The position numbers were made by a program, and so were the translations under genes. A stretch of DNA of 61,605 nucleotides, filler included. It is 10 parts of 10 records of this genome, joined end to end, with 100 filler letters (N's around TTAATTAATTAA, not from the genome) between each part and the next. Parts side by side here need not be neighbours in the genome. Positions count along the whole stretch, not along the records: positions 56,016 to 61,605 come from SRR31156797_55420; 9 more parts are not named here. The stretch is one strand, 5' to 3'. Every line of letters begins with the position of its first letter. Positions within the stretch are counted from its first letter, which is position 1. Below are positions 60,533-61,605 of the stretch, piece after piece. Under the pieces are notes generated by a model that saw only the letters and a list, made by a program, of their open reading frames with translations, ran no database searches and was not told the origin of the DNA.

Positions 60533-61605
60533 ATGAACGCAAAGAGACTTATTCTGTTGGCAATTGTGGCTCTGTTGGCCGCTACGCCCATGGCCCAGGC
60601 CCGGATCAAGCTGGTGGCCTTGCCCGAACGGGCGGCGACCGTGATTCGCCTGGACAACCCGAACGCCACCCTGATCGAAGAAGAGCGCGTGTTGACGCTC
60701 CAGGAGGGGCTCAACAAGGTTGATTTTTCCTGGAAGGGCGTCCAGATCGATGAGGATTCGATCCGGCTGGTCGTGCTCGACCACCCCGACGGCGTGAATC
60801 TGCTCAGTGTCAGCTATCCGCCCGGCGAGGCGGCGCTGGTCTGGGAGATCAGCAGTGGGGGCAACTACGCCGAGACCGTGCGCATCAGCTACCTGCTGCG
60901 CAACATCGACCGGCTGATCACCTACAAGGCCATCGCCGACAAGGCCGAGACCCAGGTCGATCTGAAGAGCTACGTCGTGCTGCGCAACTTCTCGGGCGAG
61001 GACTTCGAGAAGGCCCGCATCCTGCTCGACTATGGCGAAGCCTTCGAGCAGGGGATCGACCACGAAGAGACCAAGCGCGTGCTCTTTCTCAAGGCACCGG
61101 AGGTCCCCATCCGCAAAATCTGGACCTTCGACGCGGCCAAGTTGCCCTGGGACCCCGAGCAACTCAACAACCAGAACGTCGGCATCCCCGTCAGCTACCG
61201 CATCGTTAACGACGCGGCCAGCAGCCTGGGCCAGTTCGCGATGTGGGGGGGCAAGGCCCGCCTGTTCCAGGACGACGGCCGGCAGAGCACCATCTTCCTG
61301 GGCGAGGACAACGCGCCGCTGGTGCCCGTGGGCGAGAAGATGGAACTGTACATTGGGGACAGTCGCGACATCGTCGTCACCCAGCGCAAGATGCGCGACG
61401 CCCAGATCAACCTGCGCAAGAACAATGCCGAGCGCGTTGTGCTCTACGATACCGACGAGATCATCACGGCCAAGATCGAGAACTTCAAAGACGGCCCCGC
61501 GATGCTGACCATGATTCAGCACATCGGCGGCCAGTGGGACATGGAGCAGTGCAACCTGACGTATACGAAGAAGGACGCGAGCACGCTGGAGTTCGAGATC
61601 GAACT
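60533..61605 (+). CDS. Secreted DUF4139-type protein, 3'-truncated (not in ORF track)
   Basis: GGAG RBS; MNAKRLILLAIVALLAATPMAQA signal; TLIEEERVLTL..GLNKVDFSW, LRNFSGEDF, GKARLF, FLGED. Confidence 0.8.
   Translation, partial: MNAKRLILLAIVALLAATPMAQARIKLVALPERAATVIRLDNPNATLIEEERVLTLQEGLNKVDFSWKGVQIDEDSIRLVVLDHPDGVNLLSVSYPPGEAALVWEISSGGNYAETVRISYLLRNIDRLITYKAIADKAETQVDLKSYVVLRNFSGEDFEKARILLDYGEAFEQGIDHEETKRVLFLKAPEVPIRKIWTFDAAKLPWDPEQLNNQNVGIPVSYRIVNDAASSLGQFAMWGGKARLFQDDGRQSTIFLGEDNAPLVPVGEKMELYIGDSRDIVVTQRKMRDAQINLRKNNAERVVLYDTDEIITAKIENFKDGPAMLTMIQHIGGQWDMEQCNLTYTKKDASTLEFEIE

Noticed and set aside
58463-61522. 1019-aa minus-strand ORF
   Set aside because: Antisense shadow of GC-rich plus-strand genes; no recognisable motifs.

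Overview
This window is not one locus. It is ten unrelated contigs (about 5-10 kb each) joined by artificial 100-nt spacers (N-run + TTAATTAATTAA + N-run), probably from an anoxic-sediment metagenome. Taxonomy below is inferred from gene content and composition. (1) 1-5804: Desulfobacterota-like flagellar locus (sensor kinase, sigma54 activator, sigma54 promoter, flgB-flgC-fliE-fliF). (2) 5905-15491: clostridia-like oppABCDF operon among IS remnants, a decayed amidohydrolase and an AAA/DUF4143 ATPase. (3) 15592-22449: very AT-rich contig with a probable group II intron 3' end, DUF2271, two HD-GYP paralogs flanking a degenerate toxin-antitoxin fusion gene, and a pullulanase. (4) 22550-27789: lytic transglycosylase, split PMI/GMP, DUF1566 and a Gly-X-Thr repeat protein. 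(5) 27890-33210: Desulfobacterales-like metal/iron cluster (P1B ATPase, flavodoxin with a structured leader, MFS). (6-7) 33311-45321: two Methanosarcinaceae-like contigs (uvrC, pgi, nrpRII, DHH; nrdH-nrdD-nrdG, radB, trmI, HD protein). (8) 45422-50557: ArsR-DUF302-4Fe4S-MMPL operon. (9) 50658-55915: spirochaete-like contig with a collapsed Wadjet/YhcG defence scar, araC-melA and a GGDEF protein. (10) 56016-61605: planctomycete-like ECF sigma / anti-sigma-DUF4139 fusion / second DUF4139 gene. Best leads: the HD-GYP / TA-fusion cassette with a shared upstream motif, the jetA'-'jetD deletion scar, the anti-sigma-DUF4139 system and the attenuator-like flavodoxin leader. All family calls come from motif recognition by eye; no searches were run.
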